Assembly: GCA_022813965.1 (NCBI GenBank)
Contig: JALDZS010000100.1
Location: forward strand, 1-64,000
DNA: 64,000 nucleotides
DNA from: Toensbergia leucococca
Taxonomy: Eukaryota
Reading direction: 5' to 3'
Shown here: piece by piece, positions 37,247-51,432 of the stretch
Layout of the letters: each line of letters begins with the position of its first letter
Position numbering within the stretch: position 1 is the stretch's first letter
The notes under the pieces: model-generated
Told to the model about the DNA's origin: nothing
Seen by the model: the letters and a program-made list of their open reading frames with translations, nothing else
Database searches by the model: none
Position numbers and translations under genes: made by a program

Positions 37247-38494
37247 TTATTCCTTCCTTCTCCTACAAAGGGCAGCCACGACACTGATATCGTCCAGTTT
37301 ACCTGTAGCACGATTAGTGTGGGTCACTACAGAACTCTTCAAAACAGTCATGTATACCTCCTTCCATGGCCAACCCCTCCTCAACAGCTCTCTCCATGAA
37401 AGGACTCTCTGCAAACGGGTCTTCTGCAATCACTCTAGCAGCTTTTACAAGCTCCTCTGCCACATAGAGCATACCCCCTCCAGCTCCACCTTCGCGGTCA
37501 CCCGTAGCTTCGCCACCCTCTCCCGATTCCCATTTGCTGATACTATCCACAACGTTCTGCAAAACCTCATGCTCCCACAGATTGTCCACAACACCGTCAG
37601 ACATAGCCAGCACTACATCGTTCTCCTCAACACCAAACTTGTCCATTACAGCGTTTTGATTAGGGGTATCTGGGCTATTAGTACCCAGTTGACGTGGGCA
37701 GTCAAACCAATGCCATTGTTCGGTGGTTTTATAAATTCGTTCCTGATCCTTAGGACGTAGTACTAACACTTGCGAGTCTCCTAGATTTGTGACATAAAGC
37801 ATTGGCTGTATGGAGGAGTCTTGTGCGTGATGATGAAGTAGAGCGGCACAGGCAGTAGTTGTACCGAAGCATTCGTTTGGAGATGCAGTAGCTGCCAATG
37901 TCTTCTCATACGCTCTCTGAAGGTACTCAACTGGGTTCGGCTCTGACGTGGAAGTTGTTGAGTTGACTGAAGCATCTTGCTCAGCTTCTAAAGCCCAGAA
38001 GTGTAGAACTAATCTTGACCATAACCTATAGCTATTGTTATTATACACAATATTTTGTGACCTGGAAACATGTCTTACGCAGCATGACCTTTGGGCCGTG
38101 TAGCCCATGCCCCAACCCCGTCATTTGCTCCGATGAAATTCTCTCCTACTAAGACCGCGTCATCTCCATTTGTTATTCCCCGTATCATCTCCCCATCTAT
38201 ATAAGGCCGACGGTCTCTACTCCGATTGTGGGTACTCAATGGTTCGGAAAAGGAGCCAGATGGAGGGGATAGGAAGGGAGGGGGAAATGGCCGAGAAGGT
38301 CTCTTTGCGAACAAGGCATATCCAGTGTCGAAATAGAACGGAGACTTTGGCTCTTGTTGGAGAGCCGATGGTGACAATGGAGTCTTCTTCCCAGCACTAG
38401 TGGGATGTTCGGATGATATGCATCTTGCAAGATGGCGGGGTTTCAGACTTTGTCGGACACCAGAAAAGAATGATAGAGGTGTCGAGATGCGCAT
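37247..38494 (-). CDS. PTC7: PP2C-family phosphatase, Ptc7-like
   Basis: TNGDDAV, GANDGVGAW, GTTTAC, NLGDS, QLGTNSPD, AMSDGVVDNL, GG|KLDDISVV; start at 38494 tentative. Confidence 0.85.
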
Positions 38495-39308
38495 GCCAGC
38501 TATGGTCGGCGACAAAAGATCAAATTGACCATGCTTTGAGCTTCGAGCTGCAGTAGTGATTTGGTGTGCACGTGTTGAAGGTGAAAAGATGAGGCTTGAT
38601 TATTGTTCAACCTTGCTCGTGTCGTGGGTTTGAATTTCCCCGCGATTGGTGATCGGTTGATCCGAGTCCCGCCAAGAGTCGTCGTCAGTGCCCACTCGGG
38701 CCTTTCTAAAAACAGAAGTAAGGTACGGAGTAGTGAACCGCAATCAATAATGACATAATCTTAAAGCACCTCCTTGATTTCAAGGAAAACGCAGGAGGAA
38801 ATTGCTGCTACTGAATGCTCTATCCGAGAGTGGTGCGTTAACTCCTCGAAATCACAACAGAGACCCCGGTTGCTCTTACAGCGGATACAGGAAATAGTAA
38901 GGTATCTGTACATTGGTTGCAGTAGGATTCCGACAAGCTGGATGATGCAGGTGTACTAGGTAGTATGTCCGGGATAACGGCGCTAGTGTACTTTATGTAA
39001 TGAATCTCTTCACTTGGCCAGACCCAGATTTATTGTTTCCTTAACCTAACCTCTTAGTCCTCATCTTTCGTTGACATGTCACTGTCGTCTTCGCTCGTTC
39101 AGTCGACAGACAGTCTACTGACAAGTCAGACAGTATCCTACTTAGCTCCTGTCACTCATTAGGCTATACCTTTTTCCATCTGGCGGGAATCTCTACATGC
39201 CAATGTAACAGACATCCGGACTTCCGGCTTTCTAAGGAAACCATTTAATCACGACCTGGACGTTGCTCGTTCAGTCTGTACAAACGTAAATATTAGACGG
39301 CTTTCAAC

Positions 39309-42300
39309 ATGGGTCGTTCTAGAGGTGTGTGGCAGTGAGGCTCCCGATTTATTTTTAAGCAACTGACCCCTTGCATAGTAATGTCTTTCATGTCGGCTTT
39401 TGGTGGACCCCCACGGTCTCCAACATCCGTCTCGCCACCTCCAATCCAGCCGACTCAGCAAGAAGTAAATCATACATCGTCCCCACAGCACTTGGCGGGG
39501 CCAGCTCGGGACTCCCCGACCCCTAAACCCAAAGCTGAGCGCTCGTCTTTCAGACCTATGTCAATGGTTCAGACATATCAACCTCCCTTGATGGAGATCT
39601 CTCAGGATACCATCCCAGAACTGCAGCCCATCTTCACGTTCTTGAACAGTCACGCGAATAAGCTATACCAAGAAGGATATTTCTTGAAGCTCAACGACCT
39701 AGATTCACGTAAGTTCAGGACATAATTGGAGAGAAGTACATTATTTTCTGATTTGTACTCCTAGATGGACGACCACATGTAGACAGGTCGTGGACAGAAT
39801 GCTTTGCTCAGCTTGTAGGGACCGTTCTTTCTCTGTGGGACGCCGCCGCGCTCGATATGGCTGGTCAAGATGGAGAGGTTGCGCCAACATTCATCAACCT
39901 TGCAGATGCATCTATAAAGATGGTTCGTCTTATTCTATAAATCTTTCAAGAATGATCTAACATTCCAGAAAGATTGAAACGCTACCTACCAGGTCACAAG
40001 ATGTCCAACCATTGCAAAATGTCCTCAGCATATCAACCGCTGGCAAGAACCGATATTTATTACACTTCAACTCGCTTCATTCTCTTACTCAATGGACTGC
40101 TGGTATAAAATTAGCCATGTACGAGCATGCTACACTACAAGAAGCTTATACAGGTTCCTTGATAGCGGGCAAGGGGAAAACACTCAACAATATCAGAGTC
40201 ATCATGGAAAGAAGTAAGCTGAAAACAGAAGAGTGGACTAGAGTAAGATTTGGAGCAGGTACTCCCTGGAGGCGCTGTTGGTGTGTGATCTCACCTCCAG
40301 ATGAGAAAGAAGTACAGAAACTTCAAAAGTCGCTGAAAAAAAAGTCCGCGTATGAGCGTCCAGCTTCTTCACTTAAAGGCGACATCAAATTTTACGACAC
40401 CAAAAAGACCAAGAAGGCTCGGCCGATCGCAACGATAAACGATGCTTATTCTGCATACGCAATATATCCTCAATCCAAACCTCTCATCGACCAATCCACA
40501 CTAGTCAAGGTAGAAGGGACGATAACGATTCACTCGAATCCGGAGACGACTACTGAAGGCTTCGTCTTCGTCATGCCCGAGGTTCACCCTGCAGTATCTG
40601 GATTTGAAATGATGTTAAGATGGCTATTTCCGGTTTACGACGTCTTTGCATTATATGGACGACCGAACCGCCTCGTTGCAGATACACTAGACGTTCGAAG
40701 CTTAATGTTTGCCATGCCACAGGAAAAGAGATATGGGTACTTGGAAATTCTCGATGTGTCTACTTTGATTCATGAAAATGGTAGCCAGATGTGGAAAGAC
40801 AAAGAGTGGAGGGGTCGGTTAAAGGAGCTGACTGCATCCCGTATGAAGAAATTGCATCCAAATGGAAGTCGACAAGGCAGCAGAGCCAACAGTTCTCGCG
40901 GACATCGGAGTAGCCTCCCATCACGTAATGGGGCCCTTCGCTTTGACGACACGGTTTCGATTAGGTCGACACCATCTATGCGAAATGAAGTAGCTCCATT
41001 CCCTCCACCGCATAAAACGGAATCTGCGCCACCTGGTAACAGCCCATTTCAGCCGCCAAAGGGTACGCCGAGCCATCAGAGAGCTGCCTCCGAAACAACG
41101 CCATTTTCTACGCCGCGCCATCAACGGTCGGTTCGCGAAAACCAGCCAAACTATACACCTTCACGGTTGTCCTACGAAGCTACGAGATCAGAGGATACTT
41201 ACGAGACACCACCCCCTCCCCCTCCTACTCACGGAGTGCCTCTTGGCTCTGCCTACCGCAATCCGCAAATGCAGAGATATGCTGCCGAACTCGACAGTTC
41301 ACACGAGCGAAGTAGTTCTGAGAGCGAAAAGAAAGCGCCTGTAGAAATCGAAGCGCAGGAAATACGACAAGACCTTCGGCCCAGCTCGCCACCAGCTCCC
41401 GTTGTGGCGCCCCCTGCTTTTGTTCACGAACCTGGTGCGAAGCCTCAAACAAGGCCTTACCATTCACCAGAACTGCGCCGTGCTAACAGTCGGATGTCGA
41501 GTACTACTCTGTCCCAATTGGCCGATTCTGGACATCTTGTCGGACCCGAAATTGCTACAGCGGGAGTAGCAAGTGCATGGAGGGAAAATGATCTACATAG
41601 GGACGGTAAATTCTCAGAGGATCATGGGCCACGTGGGGTAATTGATGATGCCAGTAAGAGTGGGATAAATGCTAACCGTTCTTCTCCTCTTGAAGGGATG
41701 GTACTAGTGGAATCTAGCAATTCAACCCCAGACCTCTCGCGGTCTCCTGCCGTTCCATCAGCCGACAACCAGAATACTTCATACAGTTCCTCTCCAGCTG
41801 AAGGATCAGCCATGCCTGTACATACTTTATTGTCACCGTACGATTCAGCTCCACGCAGCGTTTCGCCCCTTTCACAATCTTCCACATACTCTTCCCCAAC
41901 AACTCCGAGAAAAGCGGTTCCTGGACCACTCTCCAATTTTTCTCGACAATTCAATCAACAGCCCCAGCAGAATATTACTGATTTTGAGAAATTCTCACCC
42001 GAATCAACCGCTCAGCCAACAAGAGCCCCGCCATCTATACCGATGGATGATCCGCGACCTGAACCGCCGCATCGTTCCAGCACAAGTCTCAGCATCAATA
42101 GAAAGCCTGTACCTGGCGCATCACAGCCGCGTGTAGGTCCTGACCATGATACATCTGCTGCAAGGTCAAGCCTAGAAAGTATGAGACAACACTTCATTGA
42201 TGAAGACGCTCTAGATCAGATCGTTGCTCGACATCCGACGCGCTCCTCTACTGATATCAACGCACACGACCGCCGAGCTAGTCTCAATAGCAGTGTTTAC

Positions 42301-43644
42301 GACAATGACTCGGTGGTTTCCCCAGACTACGCCAGTACTCGCAGATCAGTAGATACTCATCAATCTGCCGTCTCCATGGAAAAACCGCGGGCAGGTGTTC
42401 TCAGAACCGTAGGCACGACCGAGTCTATGAGCCAGCCACCCATGACTGATGTTCCGGATTTCGACTTTGGTCCTACACGAACATATACGCCTGGCACCGG
42501 CACTCGTACAAGTGCTAGCGAGACTCTGACGCAGCCATTGCATGAGGATCCAATGTCATCGGACCATTTGATACCAGGTCCACAGAATGAAAGTCCGCTA
42601 GGAGGGGGAGTGCAACGCAACGGAAATGCCTACAGCCCCAGGAATAGTACAGGTCCAATAAGCAGCTTTGATGAGCGACCACCTAGTCGTAAGCTCACAA
42701 CACCCGAGTTTCACAACCACCCTTTGCATTCCGGTCCTGATCAAGATAATCGAAGGAGTGTTGCATGGCAGCCCGGCACTACGATTGGCGGTGGAAGTCC
42801 CAGCGGTAGGCAGTCTATAACGCCTGAACAATTCGTGCAGCAACGTGCGGCCACCAGTCGGGTGACGCCTATCTATGCACATGGTCGCAAGCAATCTGGC
42901 ACACCCCCACTTGGATCGAGAAATCCTTCAGCTGAATTGCCTGTTCAGCAACATAGCAGACAATCTTCGTTTACGAAGGAGCTGCCACCTCGACCACAAT
43001 CTCGAGGTGCGTCTACTGTCATGAACCCTGTGGGAGATTACTCGACGCTTTTGTCAGCTCGTGAGCAAGAGCATGTTGCAAGAGTAACAGGTTCGCCACT
43101 GATCAACATGACTTCGAATCCTAACAAGCAATTGCCGCAAGGCGTTGGTCTGGTCGGTGCTATTGAAGCTCGCGAGAAGGAGAGAAAGGAAATGAAGGAA
43201 GGGTTGAGTGGCCAGATGGTCCAGCATGCTATTGCTCAACGCCACCAGCAGCAAAATCAGGGCTATCAGCAGCAAGTCCAAGGCCAAGGTCAACAATACA
43301 CTCAGCAGCCTTTCCCAAGCCCCAGTCCGCAGATGCACGTACCAGGACAGTATCCACAAACTCCGATTAGGTCTCAGTCATCATATGGCTGGAACATGGC
43401 ACAACAATCTTATGGGCAGCAGGCACAGCCAGTGCAGCAACAACAACAACAACAACAACAATCACAGTGGGTATCACCAGCTGCTCAGCTGTACTGGAGT
43501 GCATCTCAGAATCCGTCACCTTATCAAGCTCAACCACACCAGGCACAGGGATTTTCGCAAGGTTTGTACCAACAGCCTGGACCTACTCCTCAGGCTCAGC
43601 AGCAATACGGGTCCTACTTTGGGAACGGACAAGGCGGTCAATAA
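39309..43644 (+). CDS. PH-domain protein, Skg3/Caf120 family, with long low-complexity Gln-rich tail
   Basis: IPELQPIFTFLNSHANKLYQEGYFLKLNDLD, WTECFAQLVGTVLSLWDA, LQEAYTGSLIAGKG, RVRFGAGTPW, AYAIYPQSK, FALYGRP; three short 5' introns. Confidence 0.85.
43438..43461 (+). repeat. (CAA)8 microsatellite encoding polyQ
   Basis: Direct reading of the sequence. Confidence 0.9.
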
Positions 43645-44371
43645 GCAGATGGGTTCTAGGCACCCTGACATTGTCGGTAGAGTGGTATGAGATAAAGAGC
43701 ACTGTAATCCTTTTGCCATTGGCGAAAGGCTGTCGACTGTACTTTGGCACCCTTGCCTTGCATCTAGAGCTGGAGTTTAAGGGCATACAGCTTTAAAAAT
43801 TGCATCAGCGTGGCGTCGGATCAAGACATGCATAATACTAGAAACCCTTTCTCATTCTAAGCTTCTATGGACATTTACATTTCAGCGGCAGAAGAATATT
43901 TTTCCTTGTACTGTCAAGTGCTGAAGTGAGTGTGTTAGGGTTAATTGTGAAAGAAGATTTCCCAAAGTAAATGTACATAGTTATGTAATTAGATTGTGAT
44001 GATTAAAAGACGAGAGATTGATTGACACATTGGGTCCTCGAGTGTCCCGTCGTCTTTTGAGTCATGGGCATGGTGAACTGTGACCTGGGCTACCTCTCCT
44101 GATGTTGGGGTTAGAACATGGGCTCGGTAGGCTAGGCATTCTGATTCTGAAATAAAATATCGAAAGGGAAGATTCAAGGTGGAGCCCTATTCCTTACCCA
44201 AATCGGATTAGCCGTCTCGTCACCTCCATATTACCTCTGGCCTACCTACCACCTACTTACTCAGATCCAAGAAATCTTTCTATCGACAATGGACTGACTC
44301 TTCCCTCACATCAAATCCGTTGCAAAGTGGAAGAGATCAATTTTTTCGTCTGGCAAGCTCAAAGTACAGTC

Positions 44372-45516
44372 ATGCCTGTAGCCAAATCAGTACTTCGACG
44401 TGCTTTGCTCTATGGTGAGTATAGTATACTATTCCTCAATTGACCATTGTTCCTTCAACTTTCAATTATCAACAGCCCGTCACTTCAATCTCCTTCTCTC
44501 ATCTAAATTCTAATCAGTCGATCCAGTCCCCGGCTCATCTCCAAAAATGATGGACAAATCCAGAGGTCTAGAAGTCGACTGCGTAGCTTACGACCTCGAA
44601 GACTCCGTTACTACCAGCAATAAAGCCGAAGCAAGAAAGAAGATTCGTCGATTCCTCGACCAGCCTCGCGCGGGAGGTATCAAAGAAACCGCTGTTCGGA
44701 TCAACGCCGTGGAAAGTGGACTAGCTTTAGATGACTTGACCGAAGTGGTATGCCTGCCTGCCACTCCATCGACCCATTCCCCAGCAGATTGACCCTCTTT
44801 TCCCTCAGCTCAAAGCTCCAAACCTCGATACCATAGTAGTCCCCAAAGTAAACTCTCCCTCCGACCTCCACTTCATCACAGACGTAATCCGCCACACCCT
44901 TCCATCACGGCATCCCACAACACCCACACCCACTCCCCACTTCCCGCCACCTCTGAACATCCTCGCCCTCATTGAATCCGCCAAAGCCCTCTCCGACCTC
45001 TCCAGCATCTGCGAAACCACTCCCTATCTCTCAGGCCTGATCTTCGCCGCCGAGGATTTCGCTCTCGATCTCTCCTTGACCCGCACGCCCTCGCTGACGG
45101 AATTCCTCTATGCACGATCAGCGATTGCGACGGCTTGTCGCGCTCATAATCTTCCATCTACTATTGATCTCGTTTGCACAGCATACAAAGGCGATGCCGG
45201 CCTGAAAATCCTCGAAGAAGAATGTCTTGGCGGAAAAGGGTTAGGATTTAATGGAAAACAGCTGATTCATCCCAACCAAGTGGCCGTTGCGCAAAAAGCC
45301 TTTGCACCTGGGGAAGAAGAGGTTGTGTGGGCTGTGAGGATCGTGGTTGCGGATCAGAAGGCTGAGCGTCAAGGCAGGGGAGCGTGGACGCTGGATAGCA
45401 AGATGATTGATGCGCCAGTGGTTGGGAAGGCGAGGGCAATTGTCGGGAGAGCTGAGGCTTGCGGGATTGATGTTGAGGTTGTGAAGGAGAAGTGGAAGGA
45501 GCAGGAGCCAGAGTAG
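44372..45516 (+). CDS. HpcH/HpaI aldolase / citrate lyase beta (CitE/CLYBL-like) protein
   Basis: LRRALLY|VPGSSPKMM, YDLEDSV, AVRINA, VVPKV, ALIESA, LIFAAEDF, GFNGKQLIHPNQV, MIDAP. Confidence 0.9.
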
Positions 45517-48427
45517 AAGGGTGGTTTCACTGGGCTCTGTCTGGAGGCCACTTTTTTTCAATTCAGCTTGGGTATTGATCAAGCATTTGTGCTTCCTACA
45601 TACGGCATCATGGAAACATTCGCCGACCTGGCCTACGAATCAAGGATCAGCCCGCCAATCATCAATCAAAGAGCAAGCACCCAATCTTGCAAGATAACTC
45701 ACGGCCGAGCCCCCACTGCAACCCGACTTTTCCCTCGAGGACTCAGCCCTGGAGCAACTCTAGCAAAAGACATACTCCACAGCCTAACGACCCATTCAAC
45801 TCAACTCGCAAATTCCGGGGAAGGAATAGAGATCCACAACTGCAAAACCCCAAATCTCAATCCAGAGTCCCAAAGAAAGCGAGGGCCGAAACCCACTCCA
45901 ACCCCCTCGACATATAGCAACAAGCAACACTACCAATTCATTACATTGTCATCACCGAACCCTAGTCAAATCTCCACCTTCCTACCAAAACCAGACAAAC
46001 CACCCTCCCTCAACTCGCCACAAACAACAACGAATTCCCAAACCCACACCGAACTCACATCCGCAAAACCCCCGCTCCAAAAGCCAACTCCCAATAGACA
46101 CAGCCAAAAATGAATCCAAGCATCAGTCTTGGCTATGGACTCAATTTCCAGCACCATTCATAAAATCATGCACCTCTAAAACCCCACAAAAGCTCTCTAT
46201 CTAAATCGCCCCTTGGCCCAAGCGACATCTACACACCCCCTCCTACAACACTAGCACCAGAACCCCAAACAAACATCTCCAGCACAAAAAACAAAACGCA
46301 ACCCGCCCCTCAAAACAAGCAAAATGAAGCCCCCCTTCCCAAAAGACGCCGGAAGCCAAAAAAAAAGAACGACACAAAAAAAGCCCAAGCCAACACCATA
46401 GATAAAATCCCACCCTTCTTCCTTTCACCCCCCTTTGCCCAACCCCCCCCCCCCCCCCCCAATCCTAACGAAAAAAAATCTTCAAGAAATGAGAGATTGA
46501 TAAACGCAGCCACAAAAAAGTCCATGTGACCTTTATCCAATTCCCCGAAAGGAGAGTTCCATATCGGCGAGCTCCTCTAACTACTAACAAGACACAAGAC
46601 ATGCGTGGGGTGTTTTTGCGGTCATGGACACGGTTCTTGATTCAAAGCTTGATACAGGGCTGGGTGTGATTGGATTGGATTGCCAGAAGTCGATTGCTGG
46701 GAGGGGCGTGCTGCGGGGCGTTGTAGGTTCAGGGTGGTAGGGGAGTGGTGGGGAGGGCTAAGGTCTGCTCTTGAACGGGAACGAGGAGTCACAAGATTGG
46801 GATACGGGTGCTTTTGGAATGGGCTTTGTAAATAGAGTTCTTGGAGCGATACCATCTACAAAATATTACTCCAATCGAAACGCTCTCGGATTTTTTTTTC
46901 AACACGTTTGATGGTGGACAACTCCCAGCCGAATTCCCGGCCAGCACAGTACTTACACTCAGGGTTTCCCAGACGCGTTTCCCGAAAACATTGAACATTC
47001 ACAAGCCATGCATGCCTAAGCCCTGGCTGCTAAAACCCTCACCCTCAACCAACCAGGGCCCAAAACAGCTCAACAAAAAAAACGCATCTGCAAAATACTG
47101 ACATTCTTCACCAAACCTCCCCCATCCCCTCTCTTTGCCAGCCCGAAAGATTTGACGTCGGGACACGCTCTGTTCCGAGGGCAGACTTGGCGTGGCTTGT
47201 TGGCTATTGTAGGCTGTAGCTGTCCGAATTAGATTGGGAGATATGGGGGCGGCGGGCTGGAGACTGCTTCGCGGAGGACGTTGAAGGTGGGAAGGATCGT
47301 TGGAGGTTCAGGTGAGTTGGAGCCGGGTTCGCTGGGGTTTTTGTATCCTAGTCATTCAATCTCTTCCAATCGCTACCTGTCTCCACCGATCCGGAAATCC
47401 CCATCATCTCAGCACACGCTACGAAATGTCAGCCCGCTCCTCTCCACCAGCCCCCCCCAAAAGACACCGCACGGGAAAAAAGATATTAGAAGTAGCATGG
47501 CATTAAGTATCAGAGGGACCCATTTCTAAGCACCGGCCGCGCACGCACACACACCCAACACAAACAGTAGCAGCAAGCAGTATTTGACGATGCTGTTGCG
47601 CTACGCATCTGTGTGTGTGTTTGTGTGTTGTGTGCGAGCCCTTTTCCGGCTCTTCCTGAGTTGTTTTTTTGGGAGGGGTTGGCTCATCATTTTTTAATTT
47701 TTTTTCTTGGTGTTGTGGATGTGGGGGGAAGGGAGGGGGGTGGGAGAGGGGGGCGTACATTTTTGTGAGATGAGAAATGGGGAGGTGGGTTTGGATGGGG
47801 TTGAGAGGTCGGGAGAGTGGTAGGATTGGAGGGTGTTCGTTGCGTGTGGTTCTCAGATTTGAGGAAGGCAGTACGGTTGGCGGGAGTGGTGGGGGGCAAG
47901 GGGGTGTCCTGTTTTAGGTTTGAGGGCTTGGTGCAGTTTAATGTGGTCGGTCTTTTCAAATAAGTCTTTTTCAATGGAGATTACAAGCCAAGGTTTTTCT
48001 TGTTCCTTAATTTTACATGGATTGTTTTTATAAGAGTTGAGTGGCTACAATTGACGGCGGAGTAATTGGGTTATTCTACCTACATTCCCTCTCGCCGCTG
48101 TCGATTTCTTGTGAGGGGTGTTTGTAAATAACGGGGCGGTTCGTGGAAGCCGGGTATACTTGATGATTACGAGCTTCTCTCCCTTCTGAAGAGTGGCAAG
48201 CTCAATGTAGCAATGTCGAAAGCGATCCCTGAATATCCATAGCCACAACAGTGCGAGACCAGCCAATAAGGCTTCCTCCTGGACATTTCCGGTAGTTCTA
48301 ACCCCGAAGAACTAGTCCCTCAGTACCTTCCTCAGCCGCCATAGAGTTTCCTCTGCAAAAGTCGCACACAATTTTGATTCTTTATTTTTGGACTCAGCAG
48401 GAATGATGAACAAAGCGAAGAAGAAAG

Positions 48428-49349
48428 TCAGCCTCCGCCGAGCAGAGCAAGCGCACTTTCAAATGCCTGAACGACTTTGATATCTGCTTCCAGTCAGCAC
48501 CCTGTCTCTGACTTAAAGCACAAGGCGCTTCTCCAATGAGCATCAAACTCACAGTGCAATCTCCTCTCTTCCAGCTGGACTTCTGCCCCTTGAACGTAGC
48601 TCATTCGAGTCCGAAGCCTAGAATTGCATTTCTCAGTCAGTAGGGACTAGCAGGTTGAGATCAAAAAGAACACATACCGTTTATGAGCTCTCTCCTCCTC
48701 GTGCACAAGAGTAGTAGAAGTCCACGCTTCAAATACCTACTCGTTCATAAATAAGCATCCATTCCCAAATACAGCCCGTTCCTCTCTGCCCGAGCCAACG
48801 AGCACAACAAACCTTGAGCCACTCTCTAAATTCCATATTGATTTCCTCTTCTTTCTTCCTGCATTCCCCCATCCTAGCCAGAAATCGCTCCTCGAGATCA
48901 TCCCAGCCATATTCGTCCATTACATCTCGAGGGTTGATGTCCTGAACCACTGCTTGGGGCGTCGAAGCTGCGTTCTGATCGACCATGTCTACTACGTTGT
49001 CTGGTTGCGATGAGGTCGCTGTTTTCGGGCTGGGAGGTTGGGGAGGTGGTGATTGGATACTCGGGGATGTGCGGTCTGGAGTGCTTGATGGAAATGGTGC
49101 TGGCGGCATTCCGGACGTGGCCTTGTCCTGAGCTGCACCGTCACTTTCCGCGAGCTCGGCGTGCTCTTCATTTTCCTGCATGATGGTTGGAGGTGTGTGG
49201 TTGTTCTCTAGTCTAGGGAGATTGTCTGGAGAGTCCAATGAGTACGTAGACGAGACTGTTTTATCAGCAACTCTTGGGATAGATTGTGGGGGTTGTTCGC
49301 GTTGAGTAGAGATGAATCTTGGAAGTAGATATAAGAGAAAATTTGTCAT
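48428..49349 (-). CDS. Conserved-looking fungal hypothetical protein with C-terminal coiled coil
   Basis: YGWDDLEERF..FREWLK|VFEAWTSTTLVHEEERAHKR|LRTRMSYVQGAEVQLEERRLH|YIKVVQAFESALALL; three short GT-AG introns. Confidence 0.75.
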
Positions 49350-50052
49350 AGAACATGTGGTCTGCAGAATAAAATGAAGTTGAATATCCAGGCCTCAGAT
49401 CTAGAGCAAGTCTCCGGATATGTGAGATAAATTGCGAGCCCGCACCGGAGACTGCAAAACGTCTTATCCAGTCTGGCGATAATTATTACCATCACTCAAC
49501 TCTGTGTTGTACTTCACGATCAGAGGAGTTTAGAGCAAGCCTCGCAGGTAGCACAGGCAATGGTCATCAAGTGGAAAAAATGGCTAAGACAAGACATGAA
49601 ATTAGGCTCGGCAATGTGCATTGATTTCAGGGCTGGAGCTGGTCTACTAGAGTGCAAATAGGATCACCGGAAGAAACGCTGGGTTTAATTGTTGCTCGAT
49701 CATACTGCCTATCGCTTCTTTCTAGCTATTGGTCGACAGATATTTTCAAGACATGACTGACTCAACATTGAGACCGCTTGTTTTCCCACAAGAGCTGAGA
49801 TATTTTAGAACTTTGCCATAATAAATCCACCACTTGTCCCGATTATCAATGCGAAAACAAAAGAGAACTTCCATCCATCACGAACTCACATTATCGTGAT
49901 AAAACACCGCTGATAGCTACCCCAAGCGCCGCAAAGGAAAGAGCAGATGTGGGAATCATGTTTGAACACCGCCAAACTCCTTGCAAGCAATCATGGAAGA
50001 TAATAGTAGCCAGTTTGAAAAAACCTAGGTACCGACTTGTCATGACTCGGAC

Positions 50053-51432
50053 CTAATGAGACCCGGACTCGAGCTGGCCAGGAGTAGGATTGGATGTGGA
50101 TGTTCCGATCTCTGGTGAGCGATCATTCGTCCCATTCCCACCAATAGGATCATTTCTCCTAAATCGACTAGAAAGGTTTATGTTGGGTATGGGATTCGTA
50201 AATGTAGGTAACCTCGAGCGCCAGGAATTTGATATCGGATTGGCTGGATCTGTACTCGTTCTCGGTTGGCGTTGCACAGTCGGAAATCCATAACGATCGT
50301 GAGCCTCAGCACGAGAGATAGTCATGAAACGACCTGGGAGGATCATGCGAGGTCTGAATGGCGCACCGCCTCGGCCACCCATAAAAGCATACTGAGGTGG
50401 CGCTACCATGTCAATTCTAGCACCACTCATACCAGGTGGACGACGTCCAGCATGGCGATCAGCTTCGGCAGCAACATCGGCCTCGGTGCGTGGCTTCGGC
50501 ACATAGTAGTCGGCTTTGCAGAGAGGACAACAAGCGCGACGGCTTGTGAGCCAGGGATCTAGACAACTAGCATGAAAGGCGTGACCACAAGTTAGGCCTC
50601 GAATGTCGTCATCGTTCTCAAGTGTGTCCAAACATATAGCACACGAATCGCCAGGAGTGGCCAGCATCTCGGTAGGAACCGCCATCTGTATCTGGTCATC
50701 ATCGTAGGTCTCATCCTCTTCATGAGCTTCTTGTGAAGTCACAACTTCGAGATGATCGCCAACTACTGTTTCTTTTTCGTGAATCTGTGATTTATCTTTA
50801 GTTTCGCCATCCGGGCGATACGAAGCTGGATGTGTTGCTTGGGACTGAGCTTCTTCGGGAGCTTCTTTGCTATCTCGGTTCGCAGAAGAAGCTGCCGTAC
50901 TTGGTCTCGCTATGTCCCCAGCTTGAGCAACGTCTTGATAAGGCGCTACCACTGCTTCTACGTTCTTCATACTTGGAGCTCGACTTGTTGGACCAGCCAC
51001 ACCACCAGCAGTGGGCAGACCTTCCTCAGCACGACTTGTCATCCAGGCCTTGTATTTGGTTAATGGGAAGCGTTCATTGACTTCGTCCATAGTCATAAGC
51101 TTCTTCTCCCTCCTACGCCTATGTGCCCTCGGCATCGTAGTCAGATCAATTGGCTCGCCATTCTCATCATTCTGTAGTCGTTGTCGATTCCTCTGATTAT
51201 ATCTGAAACAGTATTTAACGCCAACGATAATCCTGCAAGAAGCATTTAGATTGTCCATGATGTGATTGTATGCAACAACTCAACCGACATACCATAAGTT
51301 CGTAAAGACCACACCAAATCCTAGAGCAACGAAGAAGAGCAAAGGAGAGCTTGTCGGGCCATTGCCACCACCAGATGCGGCAGTTGTGGTAGCGGCTGGA
51401 GGGGCCACCGAAGTCACTGATGGTGTAGACAT
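50053..51432 (-). CDS. Transmembrane RING-H2 E3 ubiquitin ligase
   Basis: SSPLLFFVALGFGVVFTNLW|IIVGVKYCFRYN; CAICLD..CGHAFHASCLDPWL..CPLCK. Confidence 0.92.
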
